Shown here piece by piece: positions 1 through 8,443 of a DNA stretch of 20,000 nt. The position numbers were made by a program, and so were the translations under genes. Below the pieces are notes generated by a model. The model was not told the DNA's origin and did not search any database. It saw nothing but the letters and a program-made list of their open reading frames with translations. Source of the stretch: an uncultured virus (IMG/VR IMGVR_UViG_3300029906_000007) (lineage: Duplodnaviria > Heunggongvirae > Uroviricota > Caudoviricetes > Crassvirales); the IMG/VR virus record IMGVR_UViG_3300029906_000007. One strand, 5' to 3'. Position 1 is the stretch's first letter, and each line of letters begins with the position of its first letter.

Positions 1-86
1 CCAATACAGAAAATTGAATGTAGGGCAAAAGACAAGCCAAATTTAGCCCATACCGCCAGCCGAAACAAACCCCAAGACACAAAGAA

Positions 87-142
87 ACCCGACTTGATAT
101 TATATAGTATAAAGTAATACTATAAATAACATCAAATCGGGT
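87..142 (-). terminator. Long intrinsic terminator hairpin closing the replication operon
   Basis: 24-bp stem (87-110 / 117-142) with a 2-nt bulge; both mismatches are G-U pairs on the minus strand; followed by UUCUUUG; lies 7 nt after the stop at 149. Confidence 0.8.
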
Positions 143-148
143 AATACT

Positions 149-496
149 TTAAGGAACAGAATAAACATCATAATTATCCGTATGCTCAACAAGAACAAAA
201 TCAAAAGGATCTTTAGAAAAGAATCTTTTAAAATAATCTTTATGAGTAATAGGACGATATTTATATCTACCAAAATTATCAAATTCTATGCGACTAGACT
301 GTTTATCAATACGAGATTTAGAAAGAATAAGAAATCTATCATAGTCACATTTAGAAGCATTGTATTTAACAGCTTCGATAACATAATTATAATTATCAAT
401 AAATTGACGACTATAAATTATATTACGATTAGTATCATACCAGCTTCTTTCTTTGTCTTTCTTAATTACAGGAATATCATAATTTGGAATAGGCAT
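149..496 (-). CDS. Hypothetical protein (115 aa)
   Basis: ATG 3 nt after the ligase stop, protein-like composition, followed by a terminator. Confidence 0.8.
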   Translation of the reverse strand: MPIPNYDIPVIKKDKERSWYDTNRNIIYSRQFIDNYNYVIEAVKYNASKCDYDRFLILSKSRIDKQSSRIEFDNFGRYKYRPITHKDYFKRFFSKDPFDFVLVEHTDNYDVYSVP

Positions 497-499
497 TTG

Positions 500-1714
500 T
501 TATATAAAATAAACTTCTTTTATATGATAAGGAACTCTATTTACCCCCGACCTCTCTCCATAAGAAATAAAAACATATCTTCCAATATATTCTTCTTTAT
601 TATAAAGAACTTCTTTCTGAGAATATTGAGGAATACTTAATCGAGTTTCAAAAGTTTCATTATTAATATCATTACGACAACGAATAATAGGTAAATCACG
701 AGTCTTTTCTGGATAAATATCAATAACTTCAAATTTACCATCAGTATGATCTTTATATTTTAGCATTACCTTAACAGAACGATTTCCATAATTATATTCA
801 GCATTAGGATTACGCATTATAAGACCTTCAAAACCTTTATCAATAAATTCATTACGATATTTGAGAGCAGTTTCATCATTAGTAATATCATAATAAGGAA
901 GAATAAGAAATTTCTCTTTATTATTAAGATGTTCATTACGATTATTAAATCTAATAATATGACTTTTAAATTTATCAAATAGAAAGTCAATACGCTTAGA
1001 TTGAATCATACTATCAATAGCAATATCATAACACCAGAATTGTAAAAGTTTATGTTCAGGACAAGTAGGATCTTTAACAAAGTGATTAATCATATTTACT
1101 TTATAACCGGGAAGATAAATTTCACCATCAAGAGCGATATTATAATTAATAAGATAATTAATAACATCGGTATCTATAACTTCAATAAGATAATCTTTTA
1201 AATCAGTTAATCCGTTCCATACTTCTCCTTCACGACTTTGTATACGAATAGTATAAGGATGAAACATATCTCCATCATTATTAAACGTAATACAACAACG
1301 AAGTCCATTAATCTTCCATTGACCAATAAATACATCAGAATACTTGAAACAATTTATAGTATAAAGTTTAGCAAACATTGGAAGAATATTGTTATTATTA
1401 GTATTAGTTTTATTAGTAGGAAGATATGTATCAAGATAGCGAATGAACTCTTCATTGCTCCATTCCTCTACGGGGAAACTACACGTATCATCACGAACTT
1501 CATCATATTCAAGATAACCTTCTTTACGTTTCTGATTAATACGACTTTTAACTTCAGTCTTAACATTAGACTTACTTATCAAAATTGTATCAGAAGTATA
1601 TTTCTTTCCTAATATACCATATTTAATAGTAATATAATTAGGACTATCAACAGTAAGTTCCCAACCGTAAGGTTCACCTTTATTATTTCTTTTATATAAC
1701 TTAATCGTTTCCAT
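500..1714 (-). CDS. lig: ATP-dependent DNA ligase
   Basis: Motifs QWKINGLR (KxxGxR), LDGEIY, WCYDI, GFEGLIMR, MLKYK; ATG at 1714 (METIK) preferred over 1735. Confidence 0.93.
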   Translation of the reverse strand: METIKLYKRNNKGEPYGWELTVDSPNYITIKYGILGKKYTSDTILISKSNVKTEVKSRINQKRKEGYLEYDEVRDDTCSFPVEEWSNEEFIRYLDTYLPTNKTNTNNNNILPMFAKLYTINCFKYSDVFIGQWKINGLRCCITFNNDGDMFHPYTIRIQSREGEVWNGLTDLKDYLIEVIDTDVINYLINYNIALDGEIYLPGYKVNMINHFVKDPTCPEHKLLQFWCYDIAIDSMIQSKRIDFLFDKFKSHIIRFNNRNEHLNNKEKFLILPYYDITNDETALKYRNEFIDKGFEGLIMRNPNAEYNYGNRSVKVMLKYKDHTDGKFEVIDIYPEKTRDLPIIRCRNDINNETFETRLSIPQYSQKEVLYNKEEYIGRYVFISYGERSGVNRVPYHIKEVYFI

Positions 1715-2234
1715 CAGCTTTTTTACTAAAATCAAACTTCATATTAGCAAATTTAGCTTTAAGTTCTTTAGCTTTCCTATCACTAATAGTTTCTTTCTTT
1801 GGCTTTTGAATAGGAATTTCAATATCTTTACCAGTAATAAGATCTTTAGTTTTAATAGACTTAGCAATTCTTTTACCATTAGAAGCCTTTTCATAACCAC
1901 TACCAATAGGTTTAGGTTTGCCATTTTTATTTCCGCCATATTTAATAACTCCATGAATTTTTTCAAACTCAAGATTAAGTCTATGACGTTCTTCTAATTT
2001 ATGTCTATATAAAGCCGCTTCTTCGTTATTAATTCTATTATTATCTATAGCATCATTAAGAACATAGCTAAATGCTTCTTGAAGAAATTCATAACGAGAA
2101 TTAATTGTCTGCATAGGTCTTCCAATAGGAAGAACAACAGTACAATCCATTTCTTTAAGAATAAAATCAAGAGTTTGTTGATATGATTTGCCAATCATCC
2201 AACTTTCTATAAGACGAATTTCAGATATAGTCAT
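1701..2234 (-). CDS. Hypothetical protein (177 aa, basic C-terminus)
   Basis: Abuts both neighbours; no recognised motif. Confidence 0.8.
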   Translation of the reverse strand: MTISEIRLIESWMIGKSYQQTLDFILKEMDCTVVLPIGRPMQTINSRYEFLQEAFSYVLNDAIDNNRINNEEAALYRHKLEERHRLNLEFEKIHGVIKYGGNKNGKPKPIGSGYEKASNGKRIAKSIKTKDLITGKDIEIPIQKPKKETISDRKAKELKAKFANMKFDFSKKADGND

Positions 2235-2663
2235 TTAGTGAACTTTAATTTTATATACAATTATTCTTTTAGGTTTACCTAACATAACATAATTATATTT
2301 CCACCAAAGAACAGGATCAAATGTATGATAATACTTAGGAATATTTTCATACTCAACTTCGCCGGTTTCATAATTAAAATTAGAATGAATATTACTACCG
2401 TCAGGATTAACAAGATTAAATTTTTTGATATAATTGATATCTTCTTGATTATCGGGATTAACTTCGCCGTAACAATATATAAGTTCACGACTAATGCTTT
2501 TATCTCCTTCAATAGTATCTATATGAGTATGTTCATAATGATCAAGATCTTTTTCTTGTCTTTCGGTAATTTCTTGCATATAAACATTCCAACTTCCAGC
2601 AACAGTTTTAACTCTATTAATAAGGCATCTCTGTTTGATACCCAATAGTTTCAATTTCTTCAT
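2235..2663 (-). CDS. Hypothetical protein (142 aa)
   Basis: Tightly packed in the operon; overlaps the primase 3' end. Confidence 0.8.
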   Translation of the reverse strand: MKKLKLLGIKQRCLINRVKTVAGSWNVYMQEITERQEKDLDHYEHTHIDTIEGDKSISRELIYCYGEVNPDNQEDINYIKKFNLVNPDGSNIHSNFNYETGEVEYENIPKYYHTFDPVLWWKYNYVMLGKPKRIIVYKIKVH

Positions 2664-3795
2664 CTCTGTTATTAAATAGTTTAATTGTTTCGTTAATATA
2701 ATGAACTATAGTATTAGGACTGTATAAACTTCTTAATTCAGCAAAATCTTTAGCTCCATATTCATGAGGTATAATACAAGGAGGAATATTCCATTTATCA
2801 CGATATTTAATGGCACACATATAACCAGTACGATCATTATCAAATAGACTTATAATTTTACCATTTCTTGCACATTTAGAACGAATAAAATTATATTCTG
2901 TTTGAGTAAGTTCATGAGTTTCATGAGGAATATTAATAACTCCGACTCGGTAACATTCGTGATTGTCACCCCGTAGGGGATAGTCATAACAGAACTGTTC
3001 GAGAGCTAATCTATCTTTAGTAGATTTAGTTATAATAATAAAATTATAATCAAATCCATCAAGATTAAGAACACCTTCTATATGATTAGAATTAGTTATA
3101 AATCTAACTTCATTATGACTTCTCTTAGGGAAATAAAGTTTCCAATTATATATACCTTTATTATCTTGACCTAATAAATAAGCATAACATGGGTCATGAG
3201 GATTATAATAATATTTAGGTTCAGGATTAATCTTTCTATTAATATAATATTGGTCAACAGCATAAACATAATGTGTATTAAGAAAATTAAGATTAATTCC
3301 AAATTGTTTCCAATAGTTTTTATCATCATTATTCCAACCTCTTGGAACTATTTCTATAATATTCTTTCTACTTTTAATATTAACAAGTCCTTTTTTAATA
3401 TCAGCATTAATTCTTTCATCTTTTTCTTTGCCATAAATATAATTACGAAATGTATAAGCACAATGTTTAAGACAAAATATAAAATCATGTTTATTTGTAA
3501 CATCAATATCTCTTTCAACTACAGCAGATAGAACATATGCTATAATATCCCATACATCTCCCCAAAAATAACCAGCAAAATCTTTAGCTTTAAGTTGACC
3601 ACGATTATTAAAAGCAAAACCAAAACTAGGATGATTATCTTCACGAAGAGGACTACTTATTGTTTTACCAGTTTCAATACACCAATCAATTGTTTCAATA
3701 GGTATATCAAGATATGTTGCTGCAATAAGTTGTTGAGATACTTTAGAAAGTATCATATCTTTAGTTAGTTTACTATTAGCTACACCTCTGCCCAT
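2617..3795 (-). CDS. dnaG: DnaG-like (TOPRIM) DNA primase
   Basis: SPLREDNHPSF...KDF...GD (zinc-finger-like region without Cys), TOPRIM FDNDRTG and KDFAE; ATG at 3795 chosen because 3821-3852 is a terminator hairpin. Confidence 0.85.
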   Translation of the reverse strand: MGRGVANSKLTKDMILSKVSQQLIAATYLDIPIETIDWCIETGKTISSPLREDNHPSFGFAFNNRGQLKAKDFAGYFWGDVWDIIAYVLSAVVERDIDVTNKHDFIFCLKHCAYTFRNYIYGKEKDERINADIKKGLVNIKSRKNIIEIVPRGWNNDDKNYWKQFGINLNFLNTHYVYAVDQYYINRKINPEPKYYYNPHDPCYAYLLGQDNKGIYNWKLYFPKRSHNEVRFITNSNHIEGVLNLDGFDYNFIIITKSTKDRLALEQFCYDYPLRGDNHECYRVGVINIPHETHELTQTEYNFIRSKCARNGKIISLFDNDRTGYMCAIKYRDKWNIPPCIIPHEYGAKDFAELRSLYSPNTIVHYINETIKLFNNRDEEIETIGYQTEMPY

Positions 3796-3820
3796 AATAT
3801 CATTATTAACATTAATAATA

Positions 3821-3852
3821 AAGCCGTTGTCCGAATATACGAACAACGGCTT
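3821..3852 (-). terminator. Intrinsic terminator-like hairpin
   Basis: AAGCCGTTGT / ACAACGGCTT 10-bp inverted repeat, followed on minus by UAUUAUU, 50 nt after the stop at 3902. Confidence 0.7.
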
Positions 3853-3901
3853 AATTATGCAAATTATTTTCTAACAATTTGCGTCACGAGTTGCAGCAGT
3901 A

Positions 3902-4933
3902 TCAGAAAGGAAAGTCGTCCGCAGGTTGAGCTTCAAATTGACTATAATCAACACCACTACTAGCAGTAGATTCAGATCCACCAGCAGAAGGCATCATACC
4001 ACCCATTGTAGGAACACCAGCCATAGGAGGAACACCACCTATCATTGGTACATTAGGCTGCATAGGAGCCTTAGCAATTTCTTTAGGAGTAATACTTTCA
4101 CGAATAGTATTAACTTTCAGAAGAGGTGCTTTATCTTTTTGAACAACTTCAATAACACCTTCACCTAAGAAATTAGGAAATCCTAAATCACCCATATTAG
4201 ACTTACCACGAACAACAGGTTGCCATTGATTATTAACCTTAGTAAAACGAAGAAGTTTAGTCCAAAGACGAATACGTTTACCACTTGGATCAACATAACA
4301 AGGTTTAGGAGTAGCACCTTCTTTAAGATTCCAAGTACCATTAAGCATAGCAGCGGCATTTTGAAATACAAAATCCCAACCTTTAATAACTTCTTCAGCA
4401 TCTACAGGTTTATAAACATAATGACCATTCTCTTCTTCATAATCTTCAAACGGAAGTTCAAGAGCATCCATTTCTTCTTCAGTAAATTGTCTACCTTTAA
4501 GATAAAGAACTTCAAGAAGATGTTTAATATAACTAAATACATTTTCAACTCTCCAAGCATTTTTAGCACCCGGAATAACTTCAGCATTACTTTCAGGAGT
4601 CATAAGACGAAGAGAAACCCAACGATATTCATTAGGAGTTGAATGAAGAGAATGAAAACGAACAACAAATACAGGAATAGTTAATCCTGTAAAACTAGGA
4701 AGACCTTTAACATCTTCACCGATTTGAGCATATTTAACTTCTACTGTATCAATAACAGTTTGAAATAAAAAGTTAGTAGGATTAGCAAGCTTTTCATCAA
4801 ACTTTAATTGAGCTACAGTTCTAGTTTCATTGGTAATACCACGACCATGACGTTTTTTTGTACTACCATTAACTTGATTTTGAGCAGCGTTTGCTCCATT
4901 TACAATGCCTTCTGTTGCAACTTGTTCAGACAT
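3902..4933 (-). CDS. Putative single-stranded DNA-binding protein
   Basis: Pro/Gly/Met-rich linker and acidic SSB-type tip ADDFPF; located between primase and recombinase. Confidence 0.6.
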   Translation of the reverse strand: MSEQVATEGIVNGANAAQNQVNGSTKKRHGRGITNETRTVAQLKFDEKLANPTNFLFQTVIDTVEVKYAQIGEDVKGLPSFTGLTIPVFVVRFHSLHSTPNEYRWVSLRLMTPESNAEVIPGAKNAWRVENVFSYIKHLLEVLYLKGRQFTEEEMDALELPFEDYEEENGHYVYKPVDAEEVIKGWDFVFQNAAAMLNGTWNLKEGATPKPCYVDPSGKRIRLWTKLLRFTKVNNQWQPVVRGKSNMGDLGFPNFLGEGVIEVVQKDKAPLLKVNTIRESITPKEIAKAPMQPNVPMIGGVPPMAGVPTMGGMMPSAGGSESTASSGVDYSQFEAQPADDFPF

Positions 4934-4976
4934 AATAAAAATAATTTAGTTAATTAATAAATGTATATATACAAAT

Positions 4977-5011
4977 AAGCCGCTGAAGAATAATAAATTC
5001 AACAGCGGCTT
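4977..5011 (-). terminator. Terminator or processing hairpin
   Basis: AAGCCGCTG / CAGCGGCTT 9-bp inverted repeat plus inner GAAT/ATTC pairs, intergenic. Confidence 0.65.
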
Positions 5012-5033
5012 TAAAATGAATTATGACAGAATA

Positions 5034-5894
5034 TTATTCAGCGGATTCACCACTAACACCGGCTTCAGTATCGTCAGCTTTTGATTTTCTTACACGAGAA
5101 ACTTTTTCATCAACAAACGGAGTACAACCTTCACCAATAAATTGAATCAAAGTAACACCGACATTTTCAAAACCATTGTTGATTTCAGCACGGAAAGCTT
5201 TTTCAACATCCAAAGTAAAGGTACGATTAGTACTCTTAGCAACTTCTTCTTCAAGATCTTCTTTGATCTGATTCCAAATAGCAGAGTCAGTAAAGTTCAA
5301 GTTAGTACCAACACCAGTCAATTTAGCAGGATTAGCAGCCTTAGAACCAGAATACATAGGAACTTCATTATTCTCTACATAATCACAAAGAATATCTTTG
5401 ATTTCAGCATCAGTAATACCTTCACGAGTAAGCTGTGCTACAAGTTCAGCATTTCCAGAGTTCTTAGCTCCTTCATACATAGCTTCAAAGTTAGCTTCAA
5501 CGAATTTCAGACGATCTTCTTTAGAAAGACGTTCCTTAACCATTTTAGGATTACCTTTCTTATCGAAAAGCTGAATACCTTTACCAATCCACCAAGCATC
5601 GAAAGCAGCATGAATAGCAGCATTAGCTTCAGAAGAACCCCAAGTTAAACCGTTTTCAGTAGCAAAAGCAACCAGTTCTTCATTTTCATTACGGATAGCT
5701 TCATCAATATCAGGAATATTGTTGATGAACATAACATTATCGCCATGTTGAATACCCAATGCCTTAGAAACAGGAGCAGTAATACGAATACTACCCGGAG
5801 TACTAACAAATACCAACTGAGGTTCAACAACTGTTTGACGCTGACCAGCATTTACAATACTAAAACCGAAAGACATTTTACCAAAAGTTTTCAT
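5034..5894 (-). CDS. Hypothetical acidic protein (286 aa), probably highly expressed
   Basis: Long ORF with AT-rich leader, frequent AAC/TTC/GCT codons and a hairpin directly after the stop. Confidence 0.85.
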   Translation of the reverse strand: MKTFGKMSFGFSIVNAGQRQTVVEPQLVFVSTPGSIRITAPVSKALGIQHGDNVMFINNIPDIDEAIRNENEELVAFATENGLTWGSSEANAAIHAAFDAWWIGKGIQLFDKKGNPKMVKERLSKEDRLKFVEANFEAMYEGAKNSGNAELVAQLTREGITDAEIKDILCDYVENNEVPMYSGSKAANPAKLTGVGTNLNFTDSAIWNQIKEDLEEEVAKSTNRTFTLDVEKAFRAEINNGFENVGVTLIQFIGEGCTPFVDEKVSRVRKSKADDTEAGVSGESAE

Positions 5895-5951
5895 ACTAAT
5901 AAAATTTTAAATTGTTTAAACAATATGTGAAATATCACGTTAATTAAGTTT

Positions 5952-6941
5952 TTAATCTATAAGTTGAGCATCTTCTATTTCAATAGCATCGTTGTCAGAT
6001 AGCTCACGTCCTGTAACTACTTTAAGTTCAGTAGTTTCCATTAGACCTTGAACAACGTCTGCGGCAATATCACGAGCAGCATAAGTAAAAGCTCTATGAC
6101 CAATCATTACTTTAGGATACTTTTTATAAGTATCTTTAGTAAAACAATCAGCAGCTACAGCTTCACTATAACTGAAACTTTGAACAGTTTCCATATGTTT
6201 ACCTTTATACTCACGTTCCATGTGATATTCAGTAATATAATCAACAGGAATTGCAGGTATTCTATAAACAGGAATTTTATTCTGTTTAATAAGAACTTGT
6301 GCGTGTTGATTATTAAGAGCGATTGCAAAATTACTATTAATCTGATATTCTTTATATACATTACCGTTATAATCTTTATAATATTTAACGGGATATACAT
6401 AAACAACTTCGCTAAAACTATCGGGATTATCTTTATTATATTGTTCAGTCTTAGCAGCAGCTTCTTTAGCATTTTTGCATTTAACACAATAATCAGGTAG
6501 TTGATTTTCAATATAAGCATTACTACCATCAGTATATTCATACTGAGGTGTATAATTCTTAGTACACTTCCAAACTACACCTGCCTTTAGAAGTAATGCT
6601 TTGATAATATGTATATCTACACCTGTTTTACCATTAATAACATGAATATGTTCAATACAACTACTGAAAGGTAGACCAAGATCTTGAGCTTTCATTATAA
6701 TTGCAAGACCATCTTCAATACTCTTAATACCACTCTTTTCAGTACGAAGCATTCTTTTAAGAAAAACTTCAGCTTTAGCAACTTCAGTTTCATCAAGAAG
6801 ATTTATACGTCCAAGAGAAGAAAGATTACTAACAGTTTGGTGTCGAATAGTAGCAACTTGATTATCTTTACTAGTAGTAGGAAGTTTATCACCACTAGCA
6901 TTATCATCAACTACAACATCAGTTTTATTATCTTCTGCCAT
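5952..6941 (-). CDS. recT: RecT/Bet-like single-strand annealing protein
   Basis: IMKAQDLGLPF...IHVINGK and YKKYPKVMIGHRAFTYAAR segments typical of RecT-family proteins. Confidence 0.75.
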   Translation of the reverse strand: MAEDNKTDVVVDDNASGDKLPTTSKDNQVATIRHQTVSNLSSLGRINLLDETEVAKAEVFLKRMLRTEKSGIKSIEDGLAIIMKAQDLGLPFSSCIEHIHVINGKTGVDIHIIKALLLKAGVVWKCTKNYTPQYEYTDGSNAYIENQLPDYCVKCKNAKEAAAKTEQYNKDNPDSFSEVVYVYPVKYYKDYNGNVYKEYQINSNFAIALNNQHAQVLIKQNKIPVYRIPAIPVDYITEYHMEREYKGKHMETVQSFSYSEAVAADCFTKDTYKKYPKVMIGHRAFTYAARDIAADVVQGLMETTELKVVTGRELSDNDAIEIEDAQLID

Positions 6942-6974
6942 AATATCAAAGACCTCTTTGTTTGTTCAACACTA

Positions 6975-7005
6975 CAAATATAGTTATTCTTTTCTTATCT
7001 ACAAA
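6975..7005 (-). promoter_or_regulatory. Bacteroides primary-sigma promoter (-33/-7)
   Basis: Minus strand TTTG (7005-7002), 19 nt, TATATTTG (6982-6975); matches TTTG-N19-21-TAnnTTTG; about 34 nt upstream of the recT ATG. Confidence 0.85.
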
Positions 7006-8443
7006 CAATTTGCCCAGTATTTTCGTCAAATACAAGAAGTTTTTCTTTTTCATGTATTTTATAAGTATCAGTTTCTTTACTATTCAAAACTTCTCTTTCT
7101 TCGATAGTACCAGCATAATAAAGTTTATAAATAAGAATAGGATTTGTAACAAATTTTAACTTGTTGTATCGGTATTTAAACTCCTTCCAATCGGCGTACA
7201 GGGCTGAGGTGAAAATTACCACATCTACGGTACATTCTAGCTCCACAGACGAAGCATTTTTAATCGAAAGTACATTTATACTACCTTGACCAAAATAACG
7301 GCTCAAATCGTCTATATTAGCCTTATTTGAATTAACATCTTGTTGGCTAATATTTACATTCATTAACAAGTTAAATCGTCTTAGATTTTCAGAACTAATT
7401 GCTTTAGCTTTAACAACTTTATGTTCTCCTTTATGAGCACCAGATTTAATAAGAATAGGAATACCATTAGCATCATATGCTTTCATAGGTTCAATACAAT
7501 CATGATAATCTCCTGCATTATATCCAGCATCAACAAGAGCTTTAGTTATTTTACGAGCAAATTCACCATGTTTACTAACAATAAGAATACGTTTGTTCTT
7601 GTTTTCTTCAACAATTTGAACAATTTTAGGAATCTTTTCTTCACTATTAGTTAGAAGAAGATTTCTTTCACGCATTATATTATAAGTAACATTAGCACGT
7701 TCTAAAAGAGCATTAGGATTATAAAACTCATCAATTTGTTTATTAAACGGAATAGTTGTATCAAGATATTCTGACCAACCATTTTGACGAGCAATATGAT
7801 CTCTAATAGTAGCACCTGAAACATTGGTAAGTTTATTACCCATACGAGCATCATTAATCATATCCATACTTCCAAATATCTGTATAGATTGAATAATATA
7901 ATCAGTATATTTTTTATATGTTTCAGCTTTATCAGTATCAAGTTCAAGACTAACTCTCCATTCTTCTACGGGGAAACAATTACGAACTGCATTGGCTTGA
8001 CTTTCAGTCATAACGTCACGAATAATAGGATAATGCCTATCAATTTGTTTATATATTTCAGGATTAGAAACATATTTAGCTAAAGCTACAAATCGAAATT
8101 TACTTTGATTAATAATTTGAATATGATTATCAAGTAAAACAGCAAAACCTAATGCAATACATAAGTCATACTCATATTTATAAGTAGGACGAATATATTT
8201 ATTAGTAACAATAGAAACATGTTCAAGTTTATTTGCAGAAACAAGTTTTCCCATTTCAGCCATATGAGGATATTCATTACAATAAATAAACACACGGCTA
8301 TTAGGATTTTTATTCCGAACAAGATTTATAATATAAATAGCAAGTTCATAAGGATTAATAGGATCTATTGCATAAACACTACCAATACCTTTTTGATCAC
8401 GCCATTTAGTAGCAATTTTATTATAAATATCTTCTTTATTCAT
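6995..8443 (-). CDS. SF2 helicase-like protein, ATPase motifs apparently degenerate
   Basis: Helicase-C-like segments (KIPKIVQIVEENKNKRILIVS, INVLS, VDVVIF, IYKLYYAGTIEE); no Walker A or DExx found. Confidence 0.65.
   Translation of the reverse strand: MNKEDIYNKIATKWRDQKGIGSVYAIDPINPYELAIYIINLVRNKNPNSRVFIYCNEYPHMAEMGKLVSANKLEHVSIVTNKYIRPTYKYEYDLCIALGFAVLLDNHIQIINQSKFRFVALAKYVSNPEIYKQIDRHYPIIRDVMTESQANAVRNCFPVEEWRVSLELDTDKAETYKKYTDYIIQSIQIFGSMDMINDARMGNKLTNVSGATIRDHIARQNGWSEYLDTTIPFNKQIDEFYNPNALLERANVTYNIMRERNLLLTNSEEKIPKIVQIVEENKNKRILIVSKHGEFARKITKALVDAGYNAGDYHDCIEPMKAYDANGIPILIKSGAHKGEHKVVKAKAISSENLRRFNLLMNVNISQQDVNSNKANIDDLSRYFGQGSINVLSIKNASSVELECTVDVVIFTSALYADWKEFKYRYNKLKFVTNPILIYKLYYAGTIEEREVLNSKETDTYKIHEKEKLLVFDENTGQIVCR

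Noticed and set aside
7192..7206. Tenth copy of the dispersed motif (CCCTGTA on minus)
   Set aside because: The 3' half (CGCCGA) does not match RRRGAW
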